From Candidatus Electronema halotolerans (lineage in GTDB: Bacteria; Desulfobacterota; Desulfobulbia; Desulfobulbales; Desulfobulbaceae): a DNA stretch of 32,000 nt. The position numbers were made by a program, and so were the translations under genes. Shown here in pieces: positions 18,188 through 26,544 of this stretch; position 1 is the first letter of the stretch, and each line of letters begins with the position of its first letter. The notes under the pieces were generated by a model. It was not told the origin of the DNA. It was given only the letters and a program-made list of their open reading frames with translations, and ran no database searches. The stretch is from positions 360,001 through 392,000 of the forward strand of contig OW818675.1 of the NCBI GenBank assembly GCA_942493095.1, read 5' to 3'.

Positions 18188-19255
18188 ATGCAGACAGACA
18201 ACAGTCGGAACAACATGTATTTCAATACAGTCTTTCTTTTGTCCCTGCTCCTGCTGGGCCTGGTGCTCTGGCCCTTCTGGCAGCTCTTGGTCCTGGCCTT
18301 CCTGCTTTCCGGCATTTTCCGCCCGGTTTACAGCTGGCTGCTCCGCTGGGTCTCGCCGTGGATGGCCTCCAGCCTGACCTGCGCCCTGATTGGCCTGATT
18401 GTCTTTGTGCCGCTGACCTTCTGCATCACGGCCCTGTCCTCAGAGGCTCTGAATCTCTATCAGCTTGGCAGAAGCAGCAACCTGCTCCTGCATATCCAGC
18501 AGACTATCCAAGAAAGCAGCTGGGTTGTTCATGCCCAGAAAGTGCTGACCGACTTTGACATCAACTTCCAGCCCTCGGACATCATCGGCATTGTTTCCGA
18601 CCTGAGCAAGGATGCAGGACTGTTCATCTACGGCAAGGCCTCGGCTTGGGCTGCGGACATCATGAGCTTTGTCTTTCAGTTCTGCTTTCTGATTCTGATG
18701 ATCTACTTTCTGCTCATCGACATAGACCGTCTGATCCGCTTTCTGATCCGCCTTTCGCCGCTGGCGGACGAGCAGGATGCTCTGCTCTTGGCGAAATTTC
18801 AGGAAATCGCCGGAGTGATTCTGATCGGCAACGGCATCAGCGGCCTGTTTCAGGGCCTGCTGGGCGGCATCCTTTTTGCTGTCCTCGGCATCAGCTCGCC
18901 AGTGCTCTGGGCAGGGGTGATGGGCATTCTCGCCTTTCTGCCCATTTTCGGCATTGGTCTGGTGCTGATTCCGGCGACAGGCATTCTTTTCATGAGCGGC
19001 GCGCCAGGACAGGCGGCAATTGTCTTCATCTTCTACCTTGTGCTGTCCTTCACTGTCGAATACCTGCTCAAGCCGAAATTTGTCGGCAGCCAGGTCAAAA
19101 TGCACACCCTGCTGGTCTTTCTCGCCATCCTCGGTGGCATGTCCATGTTCGGCGTGCTGGGCATCATCTACGGCCCGCTGGTGGTCACCGCTTTTCAGAC
19201 CCTGTCAGACATTCACCTGCGCGAGCATCAGCCGCTGCCGGAAAGCTCAGGCTAA
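18188..19255 (+). CDS. AI-2E family transporter (PerM/YdiK-like)
   Basis: Polytopic membrane protein with '[54 protein letters not shown]', '[47 protein letters not shown]'. Confidence 0.93.
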   Translation: MQTDNSRNNMYFNTVFLLSLLLLGLVLWPFWQLLVLAFLLSGIFRPVYSWLLRWVSPWMASSLTCALIGLIVFVPLTFCITALSSEALNLYQLGRSSNLLLHIQQTIQESSWVVHAQKVLTDFDINFQPSDIIGIVSDLSKDAGLFIYGKASAWAADIMSFVFQFCFLILMIYFLLIDIDRLIRFLIRLSPLADEQDALLLAKFQEIAGVILIGNGISGLFQGLLGGILFAVLGISSPVLWAGVMGILAFLPIFGIGLVLIPATGILFMSGAPGQAAIVFIFYLVLSFTVEYLLKPKFVGSQVKMHTLLVFLAILGGMSMFGVLGIIYGPLVVTAFQTLSDIHLREHQPLPESSG

Positions 19256-20470
19256 GGCCGCCTTGAGCCGCTCCATCGCCCGCACCACGTTGTCGCGGGA
19301 GTTGAAGGCGGAAAGACGGATGTAACCCTGCCCGCATTTGCCAAAGCCTGCGCCCGGCGTGCAGACCACGCCCGCCTTGTTCAGGAGCAGGTCAAAGAAT
19401 TCCCACGAGCTGCGCTGGCAGTGAATCCAGATGTATGGCGCATTGGCTGCGCCAACGTAATCAAAGCCCAAGTCCTTGATGGCCGCCGCGATCAGATCAG
19501 CATTCTCCAGATAGCCATTGATCAGAGCCTTGGTCTGGGCCTTGCCTTCCTCGGAATAAACCGCCTCTGCCGCCCGCTGCACCGGATAGGACACGCCGTT
19601 GAACTTGGTGCAGTGGCGGCGGTTCCAGAGCGGATGAATGAGCTGCCTGCCGCCTGCGCTGTCAAAGGCGGCGCATTCTTTTGGCACCACGGTGTAGGCG
19701 CAGCGGGTGCCGGTGAAGCCCGCGTTTTTTGAGAAGGAGCGGAACTCGATGGCCACTTCCCGCGCCCCTTCAATCTCAAAGATGGAATGCGGCAACGATT
19801 CATCGCGGATGAAGGCCTCATAAGCTGCGTCAAAAAGAATCAAAGCCTTGTTGTCCTTGGCATAATCCACCCATGTTTTCAGCTCGGCCTTGCTGATCGT
19901 GGAGCCGGTCGGATTGTTGGGAAAGCAGAGATAGATCAGGTCAACCGGCTCCTTGGGCAGCTCAGGCACATAGTTGTTTTCCGCTGTCGAATCCAAATAG
20001 ACCAGCCCCTGATAGCGGCCCTCGGCAAAGCTGCCCGTGCGTCCGGCCATGACATTGGTGTCCAAATAGACCGGATAAACCGGATCAGGAATCGCCACCC
20101 GCGCATCAGTGCTGAACAATTCCTGAATATTGCCGGTGTCGCACTTGGCTCCGTCAGAGATGAAAATCTCATCCGGGCTGATCTCCGCGCCGCGAGCATG
20201 GAAATCGTTTTCAGCAATTGCCTCGCGGAGAAAGGCATAACCCTGCTCCGGGCCATAGCCGCGAAAGGTGCTGTCTTCAGCCATCTCATCCACGGCCCGA
20301 TGAAAGGCGGCAATGCAGGCAGGCGGCAACGCCTTGGTCACATCGCCGATGCCGAGGCGGATGATTTCCTTGTCCGGGTTGGCTTCCTGAAAGGCCGCAA
20401 TTTGCTTGGCAATGTCAGAAAACAGATATGAGGCTTGCAGCTTCAGATAGTGCTCGTTGATTTTCAGCAT
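19247..20470 (-). CDS. dapL: LL-diaminopimelate aminotransferase
   Basis: '[53 protein letters not shown]', '[17 protein letters not shown]', '[18 protein letters not shown]', '[22 protein letters not shown]'. Confidence 0.97.
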   Translation of the reverse strand: MLKINEHYLKLQASYLFSDIAKQIAAFQEANPDKEIIRLGIGDVTKALPPACIAAFHRAVDEMAEDSTFRGYGPEQGYAFLREAIAENDFHARGAEISPDEIFISDGAKCDTGNIQELFSTDARVAIPDPVYPVYLDTNVMAGRTGSFAEGRYQGLVYLDSTAENNYVPELPKEPVDLIYLCFPNNPTGSTISKAELKTWVDYAKDNKALILFDAAYEAFIRDESLPHSIFEIEGAREVAIEFRSFSKNAGFTGTRCAYTVVPKECAAFDSAGGRQLIHPLWNRRHCTKFNGVSYPVQRAAEAVYSEEGKAQTKALINGYLENADLIAAAIKDLGFDYVGAANAPYIWIHCQRSSWEFFDLLLNKAGVVCTPGAGFGKCGQGYIRLSAFNSRDNVVRAMERLKAALA

Positions 20471-20640
20471 GACTGTTTTGGAAAGTTGCGGACGTTTTTC
20501 TTTGCCAGTCCGTCAGTTGCAACGGTAAAGAGTGGTGCTGGATATTACCTGATGCTGGGAAAAAGTCAAGCTGCGACGGAACAGCAGCTCTGAAGACGTG
20601 ATGAATCATTAGCGGCCCGACGCGCCCGCACAGTCAGTTA

Positions 20641-20706
20641 TTCTCCCGATGCTGCTGTCGGGGAAAGGACAAGCCGCGCAGGGGTAATTCATGAATTACC
20701 CCTGCT
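20641..20706. repeat. repeat segment R1, copy A (ends in 28 nt palindrome)
   Basis: 60/66 identical, ungapped, to 23572..23637 by manual alignment. Confidence 0.9.
20678..20705. repeat. perfect 28 nt palindrome, copy A
   Basis: GCAGGGGTAATTCATGAATTACCCCTGC equals its own reverse complement. Confidence 0.95.
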
Positions 20707-21017
20707 CCCCGCGTGTATATGCCACATTGCCCAGATTGGCGTAATATGCCGCCATGCCTTCTTTGCTGCCCAAGGCTTCGCCGATCTCAAGGCTCTTCCT
20801 GTACATCTCCTCGGCCTTGTTCAGCTCCCCGCGTATGGAAGCCGTAGCGCAGCATCAGCTTGATGATGATGCCGGCATCCTGCTGCGAAACCTGCGGCAG
20901 CAGGCCGGACTTGATCAGCTCGCTGTGAATGCCGAAGACCAGCATCAGGACAAAGCCAATCAGCACCAGCGGGATGGCCAGATACTTGGCAATCTTCTCA
21001 AAGCCAGCAAGGTTCAT
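20696..21017 (-). pseudogene. remnant of a membrane-anchored TPR-repeat protein gene
   Basis: Minus-strand 20787..21017 encodes 'MNLAGFEKIAKYLAIPLVLIGFVLMLVFGIHSELIKSG...GIIIKLMLRYGF', then a different frame reads 'IRGELNKAEEMYRKSLEIGEALGSKEGMAAYYANLGNVAYTRGEQG*', a TPR unit whose stop (20696-20698) lies in the palindrome. Confidence 0.75.
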
Positions 21018-21150
21018 GCTGTTGCTCCTGCGGTGTGAGCGGGCCGGGCATGGCGGCCTCCTGTGAACAAGATGGGCGGCGGGAAAAGCGGACTATAGCC
21101 GAAAGCTGGAGAAAAGACAAGATGCTGCTGACTCCGCCCCTTGCGAGCGG
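21007..21150. repeat. repeat segment R2, copy A
   Basis: 144 nt ungapped alignment to 23691..23834 with 13 mismatches by manual count; final 44 nt identical. Confidence 0.92.
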
Positions 21151-21169
21151 AGCCAGCGCGGCAGGCGGG

Positions 21170-22054
21170 TCAGTCGAGCATGGCTGCCAGGGCGGCGGCC
21201 AGCTTCTTGATGGCAATGGAGGAAGGCGCGTCCGGGTGCATGACCACGCCCAGACCGCCTTGGGCCAAGGCCTGGGGCAGGAGCGGATCGTAGGGGATTT
21301 CCGTAAGCAGGGGCAGGTTCTCTTGGTCCAGCCAGGTCAGGAGCCGGTCCCGTGACGGGCCGTGCATGTCAGCCCGGTTGAGCACTGCGCCCGCTGGAAT
21401 GCGGAAGCCGCGCAGGACCTCGGCAACCCGCTGCAAGTCACTGAGCGCGGCAGGGCTTGGCTCCGTGACCAGCACAGCGTAATCTGCGCCCTTGAGAGCG
21501 GCGATCACCGGGCAGCCGATGCCGGGCGGCCCGTCAGTCAGGAGCAGGTCGCTGCGGGTCAGGGCAGCCTCCTGCCTGGCCTGCTTCTTGACCATATCGA
21601 CCAAACGGCCTGAGCTGGATTCGCCAATGCCCAGCTCGCCTGCCACCACCCGTATTGAACCGGCATTGACCATGTTGATTCTGCCGTTCTCAACCGGCTG
21701 GACGGTGATCGCGCCGGTCGGGCAGACTATGGCGCAGGCCCCGCAGCCCTCGCAGGAGTAGCTGATGATGATCGGCTCGTCCTCGCCGATGATCGAGCCG
21801 AACTTGCACACGTCGCGGCAGGCCATGCAGCGGCTGCACTGGTCCGGGTCAATCACAGCCTTGTCCGAAGCCTTGATGCCCATGCTGCGGTCAAAGGCCG
21901 CGCCAAGGACAAGGTGGAGATTGGGAGCATCCACGTCCGTGTCTGCCAAGACCAAGCGGCGTTGGCCGTTCCCGGCCAGCAGATGACCGAGAGCGGCGGT
22001 CAGAGAGGACTTGCCCACCCCTCCCTTGCCGCTGAGAATGACGATCTCTTTCAT
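21170..22054 (-). CDS. MinD/Mrp-family P-loop ATPase with ferredoxin insert
   Basis: 'MKEIVILSGKGGVGKSSLTAALG', two 4Fe-4S motifs 'CSRCMACRDVCKFG' and 'CEGCGACAIVCPTGAI', 'DGPPGIGCPVIAALKGADYAVLVTEPSPAALSDLQR'. Confidence 0.93.
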   Translation of the reverse strand: MKEIVILSGKGGVGKSSLTAALGHLLAGNGQRRLVLADTDVDAPNLHLVLGAAFDRSMGIKASDKAVIDPDQCSRCMACRDVCKFGSIIGEDEPIIISYSCEGCGACAIVCPTGAITVQPVENGRINMVNAGSIRVVAGELGIGESSSGRLVDMVKKQARQEAALTRSDLLLTDGPPGIGCPVIAALKGADYAVLVTEPSPAALSDLQRVAEVLRGFRIPAGAVLNRADMHGPSRDRLLTWLDQENLPLLTEIPYDPLLPQALAQGGLGVVMHPDAPSSIAIKKLAAALAAMLD

Positions 22055-23004
22055 TTCCCCTCCTTGCAGATGTGCTGGGCCGCAATGCGCTCGGCCATCT
22101 CCATGAACACGGCAGCGGCCAAGGAGTCTGGGCTGGAGCGCACCACCGGCACCCCGTTTAAGTAGCTGGCTAACAGTTCCTTGTCCAAGGCCAGACTGGT
22201 GGTTACGGCAGTGTCATGGGCAGCAGCGGTCTTGTCGATCTCCTCCTTGCGGCCCGGCAGATCAGCCCGGTTGAGGATTACGCTCCTGCTGACTTGGAAC
22301 ATGTCGAGCAGGGAGAGCATCAGGTCAAGGTCATGCGCGCCGAGCGGGGTCGGCTCGGTCACGGCCACAACATGAACCGCACCCTTGAGCGCGCCAATGA
22401 CGTTGCAGTGGGTGCCGGGCGAGGTGTCAACAAGGATGATGTCGAACTGCTCCGCCTCGGCAAAAGCCCGCTCCTTGACGGCGGCCACCACGTGCGCGCT
22501 TTCGGCCAGACCCGGATGGAGCGCGCCGGTGTAGAGGGTCAGCTTGTCCTGCGTGCTCTTGTAGGTCGTGCCGACCGAGTGACTGCCCCGGCTGATGGCT
22601 CCCTTTTCCGGGCAGACCAGCAGGCAGGCTTCGCAGCCGTTGCACTCGCCCATCAGGGTGATGTGCTTGGCTTTAGCCCGGAACAGGCTGTTCATCCGGC
22701 AGGCTTGGACGCATTTCTGGCAGTCGCTGCAAAGTTCTTGGTGGAAGACAGGCTGGGTGCTGGCCGCATCCTGCGGCTCCTCAAGGGGCATGCTGAGGAG
22801 AATGTGGCCATTGGGCGCATCCACATCCGCGTCAATCAGGGCGGTGCGCCAGCCCTGCGCGGCCAAGGCGGCGGCAAGATTGACTGCCACAGTGGTCTTG
22901 CCCACCCCGCCCTTGCCGCCGGTGATGCCGATCACTGGCACGGCTGCGGGCCGTTCGTGAAAGGCCTGAATGACTTCAGGCCGCAGGGCTGCCGCGCTCA
23001 TCAC
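22051..23004 (-). CDS. MinD/Mrp-family P-loop ATPase with ferredoxin insert (second paralogue)
   Basis: 'VIGITGGKGGVGKTTVAVNLAAALA', 'CSDCQKCVQACRMNSLF', 'CNGCEACLLVCPEKGAI', 'VDTSPGTHCNVIGALKGAVHVVAVTEPTPLGAHDLDLML'; ATGA-type overlap with the next gene. Confidence 0.93.
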   Translation of the reverse strand: MMSAAALRPEVIQAFHERPAAVPVIGITGGKGGVGKTTVAVNLAAALAAQGWRTALIDADVDAPNGHILLSMPLEEPQDAASTQPVFHQELCSDCQKCVQACRMNSLFRAKAKHITLMGECNGCEACLLVCPEKGAISRGSHSVGTTYKSTQDKLTLYTGALHPGLAESAHVVAAVKERAFAEAEQFDIILVDTSPGTHCNVIGALKGAVHVVAVTEPTPLGAHDLDLMLSLLDMFQVSRSVILNRADLPGRKEEIDKTAAAHDTAVTTSLALDKELLASYLNGVPVVRSSPDSLAAAVFMEMAERIAAQHICKEGK

Positions 23005-23459
23005 CAGCGGCCTCCGCCGTGACGGCGGCCTCCGCCAGCCCCGCCGCAGCCGCAGCCGCGTCCTCCACCCATGCCTTGGCCTGAGCCAGCCGCCTGCATG
23101 GCCGGAGCAGATGCTGCGCAGCTGCCTGCTGCGGCCCCGTACTTGCCTGCCTTGAACTGGGCCAGAGCCTCGCTGACTGTGCAGGCAGGCAGCCCCTCGT
23201 GCATGGCAATGCCTGCGGCGGACAGGGCGGTCTGCGCTTTCGGCCCCAGCCTGCCAGTCAGCACCGCTGCCACCCCGTGATCTGCCATGAGCTGGGCAGC
23301 GGCAATGCCTGCTCCGTGCCCGGCATTGACCGATGGGTTGGCAACAGCTTCTGCCGCGCCGGTTTCAGTGTCAATCAGCATGAACCACGGCGCACGGCCA
23401 AAGGCTGCGTCTGTGGCGGCGGACAAGTCGTTTCCTGCTGCAGTGATGCAAAGTTTCAT
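23001..23459 (-). CDS. NifX/NifB-like dinitrogenase iron-molybdenum cofactor family protein (orange-protein-like)
   Basis: 'MKLCITAAGNDLSAATDAAFGRAPWFMLIDTETGAAEAVANPSVNAGHGAGIAAAQLMADHGVAAVLTGRLGPKAQTALSAAGIAMHEG' plus a Gly/Cys/His-rich C-terminus. Confidence 0.9.
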   Translation of the reverse strand: MKLCITAAGNDLSAATDAAFGRAPWFMLIDTETGAAEAVANPSVNAGHGAGIAAAQLMADHGVAAVLTGRLGPKAQTALSAAGIAMHEGLPACTVSEALAQFKAGKYGAAAGSCAASAPAMQAAGSGQGMGGGRGCGCGGAGGGRRHGGGRW

Positions 23460-23551
23460 GGTGCTGCCTCCTTGCTTGGGTTTATTTTGTGCTTATGCTC
23501 ACAATAGACATAAAGAAGGCAGCTGTCAAGCAGGGAAGAGCAATCTTTTTT

Positions 23552-23594
23552 CCCCGACAGCACTGTCGAGCTTCTCCTGATGCTGCTGTCGGGG
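23552..23594. repeat. imperfect-loop inverted repeat (11 bp stem)
   Basis: CCCCGACAGCA at 23552-23562 pairs with TGCTGTCGGGG at 23584-23594. Confidence 0.85.
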
Positions 23595-23637
23595 AGAGAA
23601 CAAGCCGAGCAGGGGTGATTCATGAATCACCCCTGCT
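23572..23637. repeat. repeat segment R1, copy B (ends in 30 nt palindrome)
   Basis: 60/66 identical to 20641..20706. Confidence 0.9.
23608..23637. repeat. perfect 30 nt palindrome, copy B
   Basis: AGCAGGGGTGATTCATGAATCACCCCTGCT equals its own reverse complement. Confidence 0.95.
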
Positions 23638-23690
23638 GATCGGCTGGCGCGCTGCTGGGCCAATGATGCCCCATTTTCTGATAAAAGCCT

Positions 23691-23834
23691 GCAAGGTTTA
23701 TGCTTCTGCTCCTGCGGTGTGAGTGGGCCGGATATGGCGGCCTTCTGTGAACAAGATGGGCGGCGGGAACAGCGGATTAGAGCCAACGGCTGGAGAAAAG
23801 ACAAGATGCTGCTGACTCCGCCCCTTGCGAGCGG
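23691..23834. repeat. repeat segment R2, copy B
   Basis: 144 nt, 13 mismatches, no gaps relative to 21007..21150. Confidence 0.92.
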
Positions 23835-23837
23835 CGC

Positions 23838-25151
23838 CTACTGACAGTTTGATTCCAGATATTCATAGATATGGCCGTCAATGTTCGCCTTGACCTTGTA
23901 TTCCCGGCAGGGGTTGCCAAGACGCACCGGTGACACTGTGTAAAAAATGCCGCTCATGCTGCGCCAGGAGACCGGGCCGCTGTAGGTCAGCGCGTTGATC
24001 AGGGTGTCCTGATCTCTGCTGTTCATGGATTGAAGAATGACGGCCTCATCATTGCGCGGCTGGGCAGCGGCACTGAGAGCAACGGATTCAATGGCTTGGT
24101 CAAGGCTGGCGCAGGAGGCCTGACAGCGCAGCAGCCTGCCCTGCATGTTCGCCTGCATGCTGTATTCCCGGCAGGCACTTTTAATTGCCCCTGGCGTGAC
24201 CGTGTAGGAGCCGCCCGGCCCTTTCCAGCTTGTGGACGCGCCTTGCTGCTGCCGCATGGCCCGGCGGAAAATTTGCATGTCAGTCGCATCCATGTACATT
24301 CTGATTTGACTGCATGGGACAGTTGCCGCTGCCTGCGGCTGTGCAGGCTGGCTCTGCGGCGGCCAATTTGCTGAAGGCAGAGAAGGGAGAACCGGCGCGG
24401 CTGCCTCGGAGCTGCCGCTGCTTCTGGTGAGCGGGTTCTGCCCTGCCGGGGCAGCCGAGGGCGCAGAGTCAGGCTCCTGCTGTCTGGTCGGCGGGGGCGT
24501 GTCATTAAAATAGGCCGAAATCTCATCAGCAAAAGTGAGAGGCTTCTGCACAGTTATTCTTGTCCCGGCATCTGGCGGCAGATAACGATCCTCTGTGCCG
24601 GAAATGCCTTCCGCAACAACATACGCCTGCTCCTCCTGCGCAGTGCCCTGATGCCGCTCAACCATTGTTCTGACAACTTGATCCGTCATCTCCGCAAGCC
24701 TCAGTTGCCGTTCAGCCCAGTTGTCTTCCGCCGCCATTCTGCCCGACGGGGCCTGGCTCTGCTGCGGCACCGACGCAGGCGAGGCCGAGGGCAGCAGGTC
24801 TTGCGGCGGCGGCAGCAAGGTGCGGACGATCTCGGCCCGCTGCGGCGAGAAGACGGCAATATAGACAACAAGTCCGGCAAAGAGATAGAGAATGAAAAAG
24901 GCGGCTGAGAGGATGCCGCTGATGATGCGGGCCGCTTCACGGGGAATGTTTTTCCGGCGCAGGATGCAGAAGGCGGTGCGGTTTGCGGTCAGATACAGCA
25001 TCACCAGCGCAAGCAGTCCGACAATCAGGTGCGGCAGAGGCAGGTTCACGAAATCCACAATGCGTTGCTGGCGCGTCAGTCTGAGGGCGGTTTCTGCTGC
25101 TCCGGCGGCAGCCAGCCTTGGCCGCCGCTGTGCCAGAGGAACTTGCGGCAC
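23838..25151 (-). CDS. membrane-anchored hypothetical protein with two C-terminal repeat domains
   Basis: Two hydrophobic N-terminal helices, a Pro/Ala/Gln-rich linker, then two related C-terminal units (YTVxP ... CREYxxxAN). The start is uncertain because the 5' end overlaps the upstream methyltransferase gene. Confidence 0.7.
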   Translation of the reverse strand: MPQVPLAQRRPRLAAAGAAETALRLTRQQRIVDFVNLPLPHLIVGLLALVMLYLTANRTAFCILRRKNIPREAARIISGILSAAFFILYLFAGLVVYIAVFSPQRAEIVRTLLPPPQDLLPSASPASVPQQSQAPSGRMAAEDNWAERQLRLAEMTDQVVRTMVERHQGTAQEEQAYVVAEGISGTEDRYLPPDAGTRITVQKPLTFADEISAYFNDTPPPTRQQEPDSAPSAAPAGQNPLTRSSGSSEAAAPVLPSLPSANWPPQSQPAQPQAAATVPCSQIRMYMDATDMQIFRRAMRQQQGASTSWKGPGGSYTVTPGAIKSACREYSMQANMQGRLLRCQASCASLDQAIESVALSAAAQPRNDEAVILQSMNSRDQDTLINALTYSGPVSWRSMSGIFYTVSPVRLGNPCREYKVKANIDGHIYEYLESNCQ

Positions 25152-25864
25152 ACACCCCGGATCAGGCTGGCCTCCTTTTTTTTGATCCGGGTCCGGCTGA
25201 GAAACTGGCGGATGTTGCGCATCCAGTAGCTGCGGCTGGTGTCGCGGATGAAACCGATCCGGCTCAGAGCCTGATCAATATGCTCGTACATGCCCTCCAG
25301 CTCGTGGGAATTGGCGTAGCTGCCGTCACCGCCTGCTGGCGCGGCCCGGCCTGTGGCCATGAACAGCTCATAGCAGCAGATGGCCACAGCTTGGGCCAAG
25401 TTGAGCGAGGAGAAATCAGCCGTCGGAATAACGGCGGCCATTTGGCAGAGATCAAGGTCTTCGTTGCTCAGGCCGCTGCTTTCCGGGCCGAACATCAGGG
25501 CAGCCCTGCTGCCGTCAGCAATCAGCCGGGCCAGCTCGGTCATGACCTCGCGTGGATAACCGGCATCCACAGTCCGGTATTTTCCCTGCCTGGCCGTGGT
25601 GCCGACAAGGAACTGATAGGGCGCGGCAGCCTCCCGGCTGCTGGTGGCAAACTGGAGGCGTTCAATGAGATGGGCCGCCTTGTGGGTGGCCATTTTCAGC
25701 ATCCGCTCCGGCTCCGGCGGCTCGTCCGCCACCACAATGAGCTGGCCGAAACCGAAGTTGCAGGCAATCCGCGCTGCCGCGCCAATGTTTTCCGGGTACT
25801 TGGGCCGCACCAAAATCAGGCCGCAGTCGCGTAATACAGCCTCTGGCTGGGCAGAAGCAGCCAT
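25076..25864 (-). CDS. TrmJ-like SpoU/TrmH-family RNA methyltransferase
   Basis: 'LILVRPKYPENIGAAARIACNFG', 'ALMFGPESSGLSNEDLDLCQMAAVIPTADFSSLNLAQAVAICCYELF'. Confidence 0.92.
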   Translation of the reverse strand: MAASAQPEAVLRDCGLILVRPKYPENIGAAARIACNFGFGQLIVVADEPPEPERMLKMATHKAAHLIERLQFATSSREAAAPYQFLVGTTARQGKYRTVDAGYPREVMTELARLIADGSRAALMFGPESSGLSNEDLDLCQMAAVIPTADFSSLNLAQAVAICCYELFMATGRAAPAGGDGSYANSHELEGMYEHIDQALSRIGFIRDTSRSYWMRNIRQFLSRTRIKKKEASLIRGVCRKFLWHSGGQGWLPPEQQKPPSD

Positions 25865-26379
25865 CAGAGATTGGCCGGATCTTCCAGCTCAAGATGCTTG
25901 TGCTTGCTGCTTTGTGTTCCTTTCTGCTCTGAAGCCGCAGGTGGACTGCTGGAGGTGATCCGCTTGAAAAAGGGAATGATGCCCTTCTCGGCATTGCGCA
26001 TCTCCTCTTCCGCCTCGCGCAGGGTGATCTGCCAGGCCGGAGCAAAGCCGGGCGATTTCTCAAACATGATCTCCGCCGCCTTCTGATAGACCTGAGCCTG
26101 ACGGATTTCCTGCTTGTTCGGCTTCTGATTCAGCACCTGAATCATGTTGCGCAGGTTGTCGCGCTCCTGCCGCAGGGCGTTGATCTCCTCTTTGCGCCGC
26201 TCATTCTCAGCCGACTCAATTTCAAATTTGGTCTGGAGATGACCGCGCAGCTTGCGGATATCCGCTTGCAGCATTTTGCTTTTGATGACCGAGCGTACCC
26301 AGAAGACAAAAGCGGCCAGCAGGCCGACTGACAGCCCTTGGACAAAGGATTTGGCGAAAAGTTCGGTAAACCATTCCAT
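25864..26379 (-). CDS. hypothetical membrane-anchored coiled-coil protein
   Basis: N-terminal TM segment 'FVQGLSVGLLAAFVFWVRSVI', then a charged coiled coil; overlaps the start of the downstream TrmJ-like gene. Confidence 0.6.
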   Translation of the reverse strand: MEWFTELFAKSFVQGLSVGLLAAFVFWVRSVIKSKMLQADIRKLRGHLQTKFEIESAENERRKEEINALRQERDNLRNMIQVLNQKPNKQEIRQAQVYQKAAEIMFEKSPGFAPAWQITLREAEEEMRNAEKGIIPFFKRITSSSPPAASEQKGTQSSKHKHLELEDPANL

Positions 26380-26454
26380 GACAAACCTCGTGAAGTTGTT
26401 GATGACAGGGGGGAAGAAAAAGAAAGCGGCAAGAAATATATGATGTTATCATCC

Positions 26455-26544
26455 TGGCGGAGGGACAGGGATTCGAACCCTGGGCGGGGTTGCCCCCGCA
26501 ACGGTTTTCGAGACCGTCCCGTTCAGCCGCTCCGGCATCCCTCC
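26455..26544 (-). tRNA. tRNA-Ser (anticodon CGA), CCA encoded
   Basis: Minus strand GGAGGGA...CGGT-CTCGAAA-ACCG...long variable arm...GGTTCGAATCC...TCCCTCC-G-CCA; acceptor, anticodon and T arms pair, and the anticodon is at 26508-26510. Confidence 0.95.

Noticed and set aside
22216-23022. 268-codon plus-strand ORF
   Set aside because: Antisense to the second MinD-like ATPase; no recognisable motifs.
23552-23594. Rho-independent terminator for 23001..23459 or neighbours
   Set aside because: The A/T tracts flank the stem on the wrong side for transcription termination on either strand.
20678-23637. CRISPR array
   Set aside because: Only two palindrome copies about 2.9 kb apart, with genes rather than spacers between them, and no cas genes.
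20641-23834. Composite transposon bounded by direct repeats
   Set aside because: No transposase or integrase between or beside the repeats and no target-site duplication that I can see; described instead as related decayed modules.
25118-25834. 238-codon plus-strand ORF
   Set aside because: Antisense to the TrmJ-like methyltransferase gene.
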